Below, piece by piece: positions 53,473-64,000 of a stretch of DNA of 64,000 nt (position 1 is the stretch's first letter; every line of letters begins with the position of its first letter). A program made the position numbers and the translations under genes. Origin of the DNA: Kondoa subrosea (Eukaryota); NCBI GenBank assembly GCA_039545335.1, contig BCIN01000002.1:1129118-1193117 (forward strand). The letters are read 5' to 3'. A model generated the notes under the pieces. It did no database searches, was not told the DNA's origin, and was given only the letters and a program-made list of their open reading frames with translations.

Positions 53473-55064
53473 TCATGCTACCTTGATAATCAATTTTCCT
53501 GTAGTTCCGCGGCTAGAGATGTCCTGTGATTGTTGAATTGAGCAAGGATGACAGTGGATTAGGTAAGCTAACTTTATGGGCCTGTTGCACTCCCTCAGCT
53601 GTGAAGGGATAGCCATCCTCATTGTGTAGCTTGATATCGAGCTTCTTTTGTTTGATCATATCAAAGACTTCAGTTGCATACTGTATAAATGTCATAACAT
53701 TAGCCGCGAATTAGCTAAAACTGAGGTATTGCTTGCCTGCTGGAATTCTTCTTGCGTGTAAACATAGTTGTTCTGAGCAGAAGCAAGCAATGTAAGCAGA
53801 AGTTGAGTCCAACAGAAAGGCTAGACGGACCAAAGTCGGTCTCACAACCTTGATATTTTTGCCCGCGAGCTTGAGCGGCGAGAATGGAGGTACCGCACCA
53901 GATGCGTTACCTGAGAGCATCTGAGCTCATCGTACCGTAATATCCTCGCAATCGACTTACCGATGGTCACGAGTGTACCTTTCCTTCGTAGCAGAATGAA
54001 GTCAGACTCGAATGTGTCCTTGTAGAGCAGATCAGCATAGCCAGTGTCTTATAAGTGCGAGAGCGCACTTTCCCAACGCCATCATACACAGCGTGGCATC
54101 CTTGCCCATCCGCAAGTTCATAAATTTGCTTCGCTACTTCTTCAAAAGGTGTATCCTTGTATAAGATGACATGTTTCGCTCCATTCTTCTTTGCCAATTT
54201 TGCTTTCTCTTGAGTTGAACAAGTACCAATAACGTTTGCGCCCAAAGCGGAAGCGATTTGACATAGCAATAATCCTAAACCACCAGCTGCAGCATGTACG
54301 CAGATCCAATCACCCTTCTTCACTTCATATGCTTCTCGTACTGCTGTTAAAGCAGTAAGACCTTGTAATGTTGCTGCAGCGGCCATTTTTGTGCTAATGC
54401 CTTCAGGTAATTTGATAGCACGAGCAGAATCGACTCGTGAGTATTGACCATATCCAGTCAAGGCAGAGTAGGTCTGATCGTAGATAGGTAAGTCGAGTAT
54501 TCGGCCAGGTTATAATGAGACATACGGCAACTTTATCTCCTACGTTGTAGCCTACTTTCTTCGGGTCCACGCCAGCTCCTAGCTACAGAAGCGATCAGTA
54601 CGTCAAGAAAAGCTTGAGAGATTGGTTCCTACTGAAACGACTTCACCTGCTGGCTCATTGCCTAGAACGGCTGGCATCTGTACAGGATATACACCACCTC
54701 GTTGATAGGTGTCCTATACTGCCATAAGTCTGAATTCACGCTGATCCGCGAGTACTGACGATGAAATTGACGCTGTCACTATTGTTCAGCTACATTCTTT
54801 GAACAGCTCTCGAACCTCACCCTGTCCATTCTGTACGTAGCAAAATCTCATTATCCTTGATAGTAGGTACTATTCCGAGATTCATCAGGCTCTGAGACAG
54901 CTCCAGCAACCGCCAAATGACTGACATTCAATGTCTTGCATTTGCAATTCCTCAATTCCGCCTTGCTTTTGAATTTGAATCGCTTTCATGCTTTTTGGTA
55001 AAGAAGACATAGTTCTACAGATTTGTCGAAGTCTCAATGGTGCTCGACTTGACTGGTTGAGCAT
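53473..55064 (-). CDS. ZTA1: NADPH:quinone oxidoreductase, zeta-crystallin family (MDR superfamily)
   Basis: MKAIQI..GG, GVNFIDTYQRGG.YP, LGNEPAG, LQGLTALT, VHAAAGGLGL, VYDGVGK, GNASGAVPP, SRGTTGKLIIK. The core starts at ATG 55010, with an in-frame upstream ATG at 55064. Confidence 0.92.
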
Positions 55065-55225
55065 GAACAAACGCGCGTGCCAGCGGAGAGCCTGATTACG
55101 CGGAAAAGATTGCTGACTAAGACATCTTGTGTGCACAGCATATTGATTGGACTTGGGCATTGTTACAACGAATAGCTCTATCTTACAATGACTTTTTATA
55201 ACAGAATCTACAGAGAAGTATGAAG

Positions 55226-58200
55226 CTATGAACCATAAGCGAAAGGATTGACATGAGCAGGAGGTTGAGTGACTGGTTGTGCGGCTGCTAGTGGTGGGGA
55301 AGAGAAAGCACCAGGTAGAGTTCTTGCTGCTGGTGCTTGCATCGCTTGCATTGCGTAAGGATTGTATTGAGGTGTCGCATAATGCGAAGGATGAGAACCT
55401 TGTGCAAATCCAGCCATCTGAGGAGAATATGCATATGGGGCAGCTTGAGCGTAGGAATAGTGCATTGGCGCAGAATTGGGAGGGAGGTGTTGCATGTATT
55501 GAGGATAAGCCATGTTGTATTGAGGAATAGCTGGTCGCGCTGGTATTTGACCAGTCATGGTTTGTATAGAAGGTAGAGTAGGCACAGTGCCGGAATTTCT
55601 CTGCCTTTGTATCGGTCGGATACCTTCGTAAATAAAGTCATCTTGAGGCTTGGGTTTGGTCATCGAGACGACCGGCACATCATCTTTCCATACAATTGAC
55701 ATATATTTGACATTGCTCTGCTTGCCGTCTTCAAAGAGAACAGAGACTGAGTCTTTCGCTGCGACAATGCCTTGCAATTTGACTTGATATACTCCGCTGC
55801 TGGTCTTGACTTTAATGCTAGAACCGATTGGTACAGTTGCGACCTTCTCAGCCAGTGCTTGGATTTTGATCTTCTTCTGAAGCTCATTCCATGCTGGATT
55901 GTGCTGACGACAGCATACAACAAGTCGAATTGATCCAACAGCGTCTTCTGGTAAATCGATAGGTGTATCAGCTGGAGCTGAAACAGGTGTAGGAGGCAAT
56001 GGAACAGCAGATGTTGAAGCCGTCGGAGCTTCGAGAGGCAGGGCAGCTTGTTGCTGAGCGAATGATCCATTAGTGGGTGAAGGAGTAGGAAGAGCAGCAG
56101 CAGGAACATCGAAGATGTCGAGCGAGTGACGGCCATCCACTTTTGCTCCTTCCATCAGGCTGATTTCATTAGCTCCTTCGCCCATGACCGCATCGATAAT
56201 GACACCGGAGTTTTCCTTCAAGGCGCAAGTCACGCTGAAATACATAATTAGATTTAAGAAAGGCATGAAGTGAGGACGATGCTCACTGATGCGCTCGAAC
56301 ACATTTGGCATTCTTGGTACATTGAACCTTCGCTCCATGGGGATCAGTGCAAAGTTGACATTTCTATGCTCCCAATTAGTGACTTGCGTAATTCGGACAT
56401 GGGAGAACTGACCAAATTCCATCTAGCCTTCTCAATGCCCTCGAATCCATGCACTCGTTCTTCTCCAGTCTTCTCATCCTTGACAATATAGGTAGAAGGA
56501 GTAAACATGACGCAAATCTTATGCGCTGCTCCTGCCTTTCTTCTTGGGTCTTTGTCTGCAGCGGAGCCAGGTACAGCAGGAGCAAGTTTGACCAAGGTTT
56601 CAGGTGTTGGATCAGGACACAAAACGCAAACGAATTTGGCTTGTTTTTCCGCTGCTAGCCGTTTCGCTTCCTCTCTTGCTGCTTTCTTTGCCGCTGCCAA
56701 TGCCTTCTTTTCCGCCACAGCCGGATCAACAGGTATTTCGAAACCATTATCGTATCCCTCTTCGAAACTGGTCAACTTGGACTTCTTTCGCACAGGTAAT
56801 CCATCAGGACCTTCAGCTGGAGCTCGCTTCTTGTAAGTTTTCCTGGGAGGTGGAGGTTCAACAGCTCCAGGTGGTAGAGGCAGACCATTAGCTCGAGCAT
56901 AAGCAATCGCTTTCTCCAATTCAGCTTCTTGTCTCGCTTCTTCCAACCAGGCATCAACATTGATCGAGACGCTGTCTTGAACACAAGTACAACTCTTGGC
57001 TTTTCTTCCGATATCAAGCCAACTTTCGGTAGCAAAGTTGATACTCTCCGCGCAATTGAAACCGACATTGAAACCAGAGTGATAGCCACGAGGGTACGTG
57101 AGCATAATTTCACCAGGAAGCTGGATGACTCGGTTCAGATGAATACCTTGATTAGCTAGTAGATTAGGTGAAGCGAGGAAAGATTTGTGTCGAAGGAATT
57201 CAGGACATTTCTTTCGATCGGCGGGAAACCAACCAGCCATTACTCGTTCAAACCGATCTGCTTCTTCCTGCGGGACAGAGTACCAGTATTTAGGTGCACC
57301 AAAATGAATATAATTGATGGAATAGAGATCTGCATCTTCCACATGCCAGGCGAAAGTTGCTCTCCACATTCCGAAATACAAGTAAGGTGTATTGACACCT
57401 GGAATCTTCTGTTTAGGTCGCATACGAGTGAGCAGATCATCTAGATGAGCAACATTCCAGTGCTTGACAGAATCGTCAAATAGCGAGCCTGCTCGAAAAC
57501 AACGTAAGTAAGCTAATTAACAGCTAACATAGCGAAGGTCCTCACCTTTCATATCAGCACCATACATAGGCGGTTCACCGAAGGTCAGAGTCCGCCAGTA
57601 TCTTCTCTCGATCTCCTTGCATGCTTCGAGGGTGAAATCCTCGGTTGAAGCGCCTGACGAGCGGGGGTTAAATACACATGAGGTGAAAGGAGAAATGTAG
57701 CTGACCATGAGCTAGCGTAGTCCAATCGAATGCCTCCCACTCTTCATCGGTCATGGCTGCCAATTGCTTCGCAGTAGGCTTCTTTGGTTTCTTGGTCGCA
57801 GAAGTACCGGCTGCAGAAGGCACGGCACTGCCTTCTCTGACTGAAGTAGTATCATCTGCTTCTTCTGTAGGTGGAGCGGTATCGAAACCTTCAGCTTTCA
57901 CAGGAGTCACAGGCAATTCTGACGGTTCTCGATCAGATATAAGAAGTTCTTGTTCTGGTCCTGGTCCTTCTATGGGTACGACTTCCGGTTCAGCCATTGA
58001 TATATCTTGATCGCCAACAACAGAAGGTGAGGGTTGAGGTGTTGCCGCTTTCTTCTTGCGAGATGAAGGGGTACGTTTAGGTCGAGAAGAAGAAGCAGGA
58101 GCGGAATCTAGACCAGTGTCTTTCTTGAAAAAGTCAGGTGTCGCGAATCTATCTGAATCGCATTGATCTTTCCATTGCTTTGCGTTCCAATTGCGAGACT

Positions 58201-58881
58201 TCACCATATTGGTTTGTCGGAATAAACCTTGAGAACCAAGGAAGAGCTCTGAAACTGGTTCTCGGATACGAGTGTGGCGGAGTGGCTCGGATATAGAAGG
58301 TAGCGAGTCAGTCCTATGCACGACATCAGTACCACTAAACTATCGTGTTGTGTGCCACTAACCATTCTTTGGGAGGTACAACTTTGACGATTCCACTTCT
58401 CATTCCATAATGATCTATAGCGTTGATGAATCTGATTACAGACATATAAGGGCTGGCTGTTAATAGACATCAGATAGACTTACTCATAGAAATCCTGGAA
58501 TTCTTCCATTGTGGGTTCAAAGACAGGCACGCCTTTGGTATATTGTGTAGAAGCTTCATGTACAGGATAGTAGTAAGCAGGTCTAATGCGTTTCTGGTCT
58601 GGTTTGCGTTTTCTCCTTCGAATGCCATCAGTCGAGGGAGGCAAGAGATCATCGTCCTCGTCATCTGAGGACTCTTCCCACACAGGCAGAGGCTCTTGTG
58701 TAGTTGTAGGCTCAGCTTGAGAAGGTTTAGCAGCCTCTGTCTCGTCAAGTTCCGTTTGTTCAGTGGATTCAGTCAAATGCGAAGAGGATGTCGGCGATTG
58801 ACTTGAGATTGCAGGCGAATTGGCCATAACAGGCTCTGGTATAGGTGCAACCATACTGCTGGCGGCATACTCAGTCTCCAT
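55226..58881 (-). CDS. JmjN/JmjC histone lysine demethylase, KDM4/Rph1 type, with PHD-like and Tudor-like C-terminal regions
   Basis: JmjN VPVFEPTMEEFQDF..GIVKVVPPKEW. JmjC IPGVNTPYLYFGMWRATFAWHVEDADLYSINYIHFGAPKYWY..FLRHK..GYHSGFNVGFNCAES with the Fe-binding H-x-E..H intact. CVLCP..AHKIC zinc finger. Confidence 0.95.
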
Positions 58882-59464
58882 CCCAAGCAGGATATCGTTA
58901 ATGGAAGAGCTCCACTTGTGATAAAATCTCGTTGCATGCGAAGACAGGTGGCAGAATGTACGGGCAGGGCAGGGCATTGGAACGTGCTTAGGGCTAGATG
59001 CACAACATAGACGCGCTTCTAATCGAATTCCGACATCCTTCGCTTCTTTCATGTTAGCGAAGTCCTTCAAGACTGAACCTACCTCAAATACATCTGCTAG
59101 TTCTGGGCACAAGCTTGATGTCCCAATACTACCGAGGCTCTCTATCGCTTCAGCCGGGTTGAGGCGTTCTTCCTTTCTGCCTTGAGCCATCGCACATCCT
59201 GTTCTATGCCTTGGTACGACTTGATTACATTCCACCCTTACTGGCATCTCCATTTATGGTACGAATGGTGTCGATTGCACACGAGATAGTGAAGACATGT
59301 TGATGGTCGTGGTGAAATCAGAACATATCGTGTCAAATAGATAGACCGGATATCTGTGTGAGGGTATGCTTGATTGTTACTACGAGCCTTTGTCAGATCA
59401 GCATCATCATTTATGCTAGACTTACTACTGCTGCTGATCCTTGATTGATGCATATTCAGTCTTC

Positions 59465-60973
59465 TCATGCTTCTGTTATCGCTCGCTGCTTCTCGCAGAC
59501 AAAGAAAGCCGATTTGTAAATATAACGGAACTATCATCCCATCGGTTTCAAAGATCCCTATATCAGCTGAAAGGAAGCTAACCATTCCCTGCTTGTTTTG
59601 CGTATAATCTACATTTCATCAGTTTCTCTTCCCAACCAATGCAATGGAAAAAGCACACCTGTATCGATGAATCTCTTCTGTAAGACCTTGAAGCCATTCA
59701 GTTCTGCTGCTTGGACGACTTCTTCTGCCGTCAATTCCACTTGCGCATAATTAGCATACAGCAGAGGTCCCTACCTGTCAATCAGCATGAGCAATATGCC
59801 TATCAAGGCGAACGGACAAGGTTAATCCATACTCCACCAGGTTTGAGCAATTTGTGAATCATCGCTATGATTCAATCAATTGTCGATCAACGAGAATGAC
59901 ATGAACAGCTGACCAATAGTTTCCAATACATTAGGAGAAGTATCAATGAAGAATAAGGTAGCCACAGCTGAAAAAGTCCCTTCTTGACCAACGAAAGCTT
60001 GCATAAAATCTCCATCTCGCCAATCGATTCTTTTCACTACTTCTGGGTTTGGTAATATATCTGGGAAGTTCACTCCACGAAGCATGGACTTTGAATCGGT
60101 CTGATGTGAACCTAGAGCTGCGAAAGGATAGACTGTATGTTGTTCTTCTATGGATGTGGAAGAAGGCTCAAAGATAAAGCGGCTGCCTGACAGATGATCA
60201 GCAAGAGAACTATTAGAACGATGAGCGTACCGAGTGACATAAAGTAGGATAGCTCATTGGAGGAAACAGCAAAGTCTGCCGCACATGCTTCAGCGTCAAG
60301 TCAATCCCGAAAGGTGGAACGGACTAAGAGCTGCCGCTTCTATCTCCCATGCATCAGCACAAATCTAGAAAGACTCTCAACACTGACCATAGCTCAATCT
60401 AGCGAGCCCAGCGCCAGGAACTAACACCCTCTCTGCAGCTCTTGCTTCCACATCGCTGAATCTCTCCTTTAAATACCCAAGTATAGGCGGTATTATCTGC
60501 GCACGTTCACTACTTCCTTCAACTGACCAATCTCGAACGAAATGCGAGAAGCATTCCCTAACTCTACCAATCTCCAAATTGTTACTCGGTTTCTGAATCG
60601 TATGCTTTACAGCGCGGACAGATTTCGAAATCCTCAACATCCTCGCACATAAGCGTTGATTCGCATGAATGTTGTAGAGCTGTTCCCCATAGCGGCCATC
60701 CAGATTCAGTGACCAATACAAGGATGATTTGCGGGCTAGTTTCTGCTTTGCTGTGATTGCGTTTCGAGAGACTCTTTCGTATGCAGCTAGAGAGCGAACA
60801 GCTTGATCCAGCAGAGGTTGCGTATCGCTTGAGGTCGAGGATGTTTGCAAAGGTAATTTCGACAACAAAGCGTTTCTTGTGTCCAGCAAAGCAGTATTTG
60901 GCGCAAATGCAACGCAGATGGCAGCAATGATAGCAAGCAATATAGACAATAAAGCAGTATACAGATCTGCCAT
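59465..60973 (-). CDS. N2227-family SAM-dependent methyltransferase (carnosine N-methyltransferase/CARNMT1-like)
   Basis: HFVRDWSVEGSSER, RVLVPGAGLARL, NELSYFM, LRGVNFPD, GDF, VATLFFIDT, LLKPGGVWIN|GPLLY, final exons DYTQNKQGM|FRYIYKSAFFV. Confidence 0.9.
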
Positions 60974-61147
60974 TTTTGGCCGTACAAGTACAACACAGGT
61001 TACAAGCGATTTTTTCTACATTTCAAGAGCGCGATTGTACAGAGTCGGAAGAGGTCGAAGAATCGTCAGATCGAGGATAGTCGTCGCAGACTACTTCGAG
61101 CTTGCCATCGAGATAAGCTGTTAACGTAATCAGCGACATTTCATAAC

Positions 61148-61695
61148 TCAGAACATTGGCTTACAAGCATCGTACTGCTCTGGCACATGCTCATGCAGTA
61201 ATGCTCGTTCCAGGATGAACTTCCCTTCTTTGTACTTCTGAGAAGTTTCATATGCCTTGTCCTGTCAATCTCGCCAACAGAAATGAGAATCAACCTCATT
61301 CCCTTGGTAGACAACTAACATATTTCCAGCCTAGTACGTGATCACATTTGTCACAATTCTGTCGTTCATTCTTAAGCTGACTCCGAGTACGTGAGAGCAA
61401 GCTCACTATATCTCTCACAGTATGCAATCCAGTAGTCATGGTCCGATCTTCAGCAGGACCTTCCTTGATGTTGACAACTTTAGTAAAGAGGTAAGCTCTT
61501 CCATGCTGGCCTTGGAACTGCAAGTTTGAGCAACCTCCCGGATCAGCTGTATGCCGATTCGAGTACAAGCTCCCAACTTGCCTGGCGGGAGAGCATATCG
61601 TCTATCCTAGCTAGATGTATCTTACATTCCGCGCAACAGAAGATTCGACTGGAGAAGATATAGGTGTGTTGAAGATGTGGAAGCAAGCGACCCAT
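61148..61695 (-). CDS. Yippee-like (YPEL/Moh1) zinc-binding protein
   Basis: [68 protein letters not shown]. Confidence 0.95.
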
Positions 61696-62049
61696 GATTG
61701 ACTTAAACGGCTTAAATCGGACACTGGCAGGAGAGAGCTCGAAAGCTGGCTCGCAAGCCTGTCAGATGCGTCGGCGTGTAGCAGTCTTGGACCGATAGGC
61801 TTGCAAAGTGAGAACGTGGTTGTAAGCAGAGAAGGGAGTCTTAGTCGAAATGCCCTCTTAGGGCGAGCGATAGCAAGTCAAGTCTCGGGCCAATCTACGA
61901 TAAGCATAAGCTCTCAATGAACTACAGCCTATCTGTATTTCCTTCGAATCCTTCTGTTTGTCAATCGTCCTTGCATTTAGTCTGATTAGTAAGCAACACC
62001 GGAGACCTGTTTGAACAATCAAGAGCTGCTCGGAACACCTCTTTCCCAC

Positions 62050-62790
62050 TCACATCACGACCAAAGTGACGATGTTTGGCAAGCTCGTCAATGAAAGCTT
62101 TAGCGAAACCCATAACATGAGATCCTTGTTTGATCTTGGCACTGCAACTCGCATTGTCAGAGCTGATAGTATGAAGCGCGAGAGTCTCGTACATCAGACC
62201 AGATTCTTCTTCCGTCAAGCTAGAAGCCATAATCATGCCGTTCTTGACCGATACAGCAGCAGTAGGATCGGCTTTGAAGTCGGTCGATCCAGGCAAGCAG
62301 ACATGTGCTACGAAAGGAACAGCTTCGCCTGCTGCAGCAATGGTTTTGCAATGACAGAGGGCCTGTTTTCACGTAAGAATAGCTTTTCAAAGAGGAAGGC
62401 AACTTACTTCTCTGACAAAGTGAATAATCCTGCCTTCAATGCCTTTACGCAGTTCTCGTCACCGCCAGGGAAGATGAGACCATCGAAATGAGTAGAGCGA
62501 CATGTTAAGAGCAGTTGCAAATCGTAAAAAGCTCAAGCCGTAGACGAACAAGTCTTCATAGTGAAGTCTACATCTTTGAGTGAGAACGCCAGAAGCAGAA
62601 GTATCGCCCTTCTTGACGCCTCTCGGATATTGCGGTCCTTTGCGAGGACCAATGAGCTTCACGACTATGCCCATAGCTTCGGGACGATCTTGATGGCATT
62701 GACTGGAACAGGATCATAGCCATCTAAGGTGAAGATAGCGAGACAAGTCGTGATCGTTTCGCCATGATGGCCAGTCTGATTCACTGTCTG
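62050..62790 (-). pseudogene. Degraded fragment of a large-subunit (clade 2) catalase, C-terminal DJ-1/GATase-like domain only
   Basis: LAIFTLDGYD, AMGIVVKLIGPRKG, DFTMKTCSST, FDGLIFPGG, GRIIHFVRE|ALCHCKTIAAAG, CLPG, FAKAFIDELAKHRHFGRDV. The blocks lie in different frames and the splice sites are damaged. Confidence 0.72.
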
Positions 62791-63453
62791 TCGTTTTCGA
62801 GTTTCATACTGCGTTTCGACGCAAGAAGGAGGCAACCGGTATGCTCTTGATCTGGATCGTTTGGCAAACAGATCCGCAGAGCATGAACCCGGGCCCCCTA
62901 TAATGATGCCCCCGTTTGCAAAATGAAGTATTCGGAGGAAGATGAACAACGCGATGAAGCGGAAATACGAAGTCTAGCTTTGAAGTAAAGCATGGAAAAG
63001 TTGAAGAATGAGAAGAAGAAAGGAGACCGTTGTTCGAGCACTTTGTGGGCTTGGAGGCTGATCAAAGCATAACGCTTCGGATATAGAGCAGCAGATGAGA
63101 CTGGTCTGGACCTGAATCCAACGACAGAAACGCGAATTAGACACAGAGGGGCACCTTGTTGTTGGGCAATGCATTCACAGTGACAGTTGCTGCCGTCAGC
63201 TGATCGCAATAATGTTAATTTGATACAACTCCGATTTTCTACGAATGTACCAAATAGGTCTGGCAAATAGTGTATTTGGCATAGTGTAGTATTGATAGAA
63301 CGCATATATGCTGACGACAGTCCGCTCGGAGAATAGAGGTATGCCGATCAGAGTGCAGAAATTCGGTTCATGGGTCCAGTGATTGGTGTAGAGCATATGA
63401 TATGGTAGAAATATGTGTCGATCGACTGTGTTGGGTATATGAGTCTTGCTTGA

Positions 63454-64000
63454 TCAGGCGTTTTGTTTTCTTCCTTTAGCTAGACCGTTGCACTTGGTTT
63501 TATGGCCCTCTTTCCAACTGGAATACTCTTTCCAACTGGAATACAACTTAGCAGCCATTGATACGCGAAAGCAAACCTTTACGCACTGTTTGGCCTGGCA
63601 TTCGGTCGAGCAATACATTGCCAATGAGCCTGCATGCAATGTCAGGAACTGAGTAAGGCTCGTCGAGACTTGTACGAACAGTTGGGACAGTTCTTGAACG
63701 ACTTGAAGGTTGCATCAGCCTTCGCGAATAGGGCAGCATCATTGCCTCCGTCCTTTCTTTTGAAATATCGGACGCAAACCACGCAGACGAGATTGCCACT
63801 GGATGGGGTCAGAAGATGTGTTAGCAGCGGATTGTTGGATGTCTTGAGTGCCTCAACCCGCGCAACAGCTGTGATTTACAGCTCTTCGCTCCGATCACAC
63901 GTTACCACTTTCTTAATTTTGGTATTTATCGGACACCGTTTCTTGGCAGCCTTACTCAACGATTATAATGCAAGATATCTCAATTTCCAGGTATATCCAC
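63454..64000 (-). CDS. MYND-type zinc-finger protein, C-terminal exons (5' part outside the window)
   Basis: Spliced CVVC..FKNCPN|CSLAMYCSTECQAK|HWKE..GHKTKC. Confidence 0.8.
63508..63544. repeat. 18-bp perfect tandem duplication spanning a 3' splice site
   Basis: ctctttccaactggaata x2 (+c); on the minus strand GTATTCCAG|TTGGAAAGA repeated. Confidence 0.92.

Noticed and set aside
51969..53475. Cryptic peroxisomal PTS1 by stop read-through in metabolic genes (HIBADH, ZTA1; also DLD1 and the hydratase)
   Set aside because: Reading past each stop gave no TGA-CTA context and no SKL-like terminus.
1..64000. Many 60-220 aa ORFs antisense or out of frame to the large genes; also CRISPR arrays, tRNA/rRNA, intact transposons
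   Set aside because: The ORFs are shadows of real exons with no motifs. No repeat-spacer array, cloverleaf, rRNA, transposase or reverse-transcriptase signature was seen.

Overview
Gene-dense, intron-rich eukaryotic DNA from a fungus. It is most likely a basidiomycete yeast, inferred from the MP88-type mannoprotein, Ssk1, short ~50-60 nt introns with degenerate branch sites and very small intergenic gaps. About 25 spliced protein-coding genes can be reconstructed by hand. They are a HAD-IIA hydrolase, an MP88-like GPI mannoprotein, a DOCK GEF, enoyl-CoA hydratase, KTI12, an HMG-box factor, CGI121, Ssk1, D-lactate dehydrogenase, two F-box proteins, a TBC Rab-GAP, SYF1, eIF4A, SRP receptor alpha, a Gea/GBF1 ARF-GEF, 3-hydroxyisobutyrate dehydrogenase, zeta-crystallin quinone reductase, a KDM4/Rph1-type JmjC demethylase, an N2227/CARNMT1 methyltransferase, Yippee, a MYND-finger gene and three orphans. 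I found no tRNA, rRNA, CRISPR array or intact transposon. The best second-look items are: a hairpin-rich 450-nt intergenic segment (candidate ncRNA); an H/ACA-like RNA in an oversized eIF4A intron; a frameshifted relic of a large-subunit catalase C-terminal domain; an 18-bp duplication across a MYND splice acceptor; a likely CUG start for Ssk1; an orphan with two repeated C4 zinc motifs; and several GC-AG introns and micro-exons. Exon boundaries were read manually, so gene spans are start-to-stop estimates.
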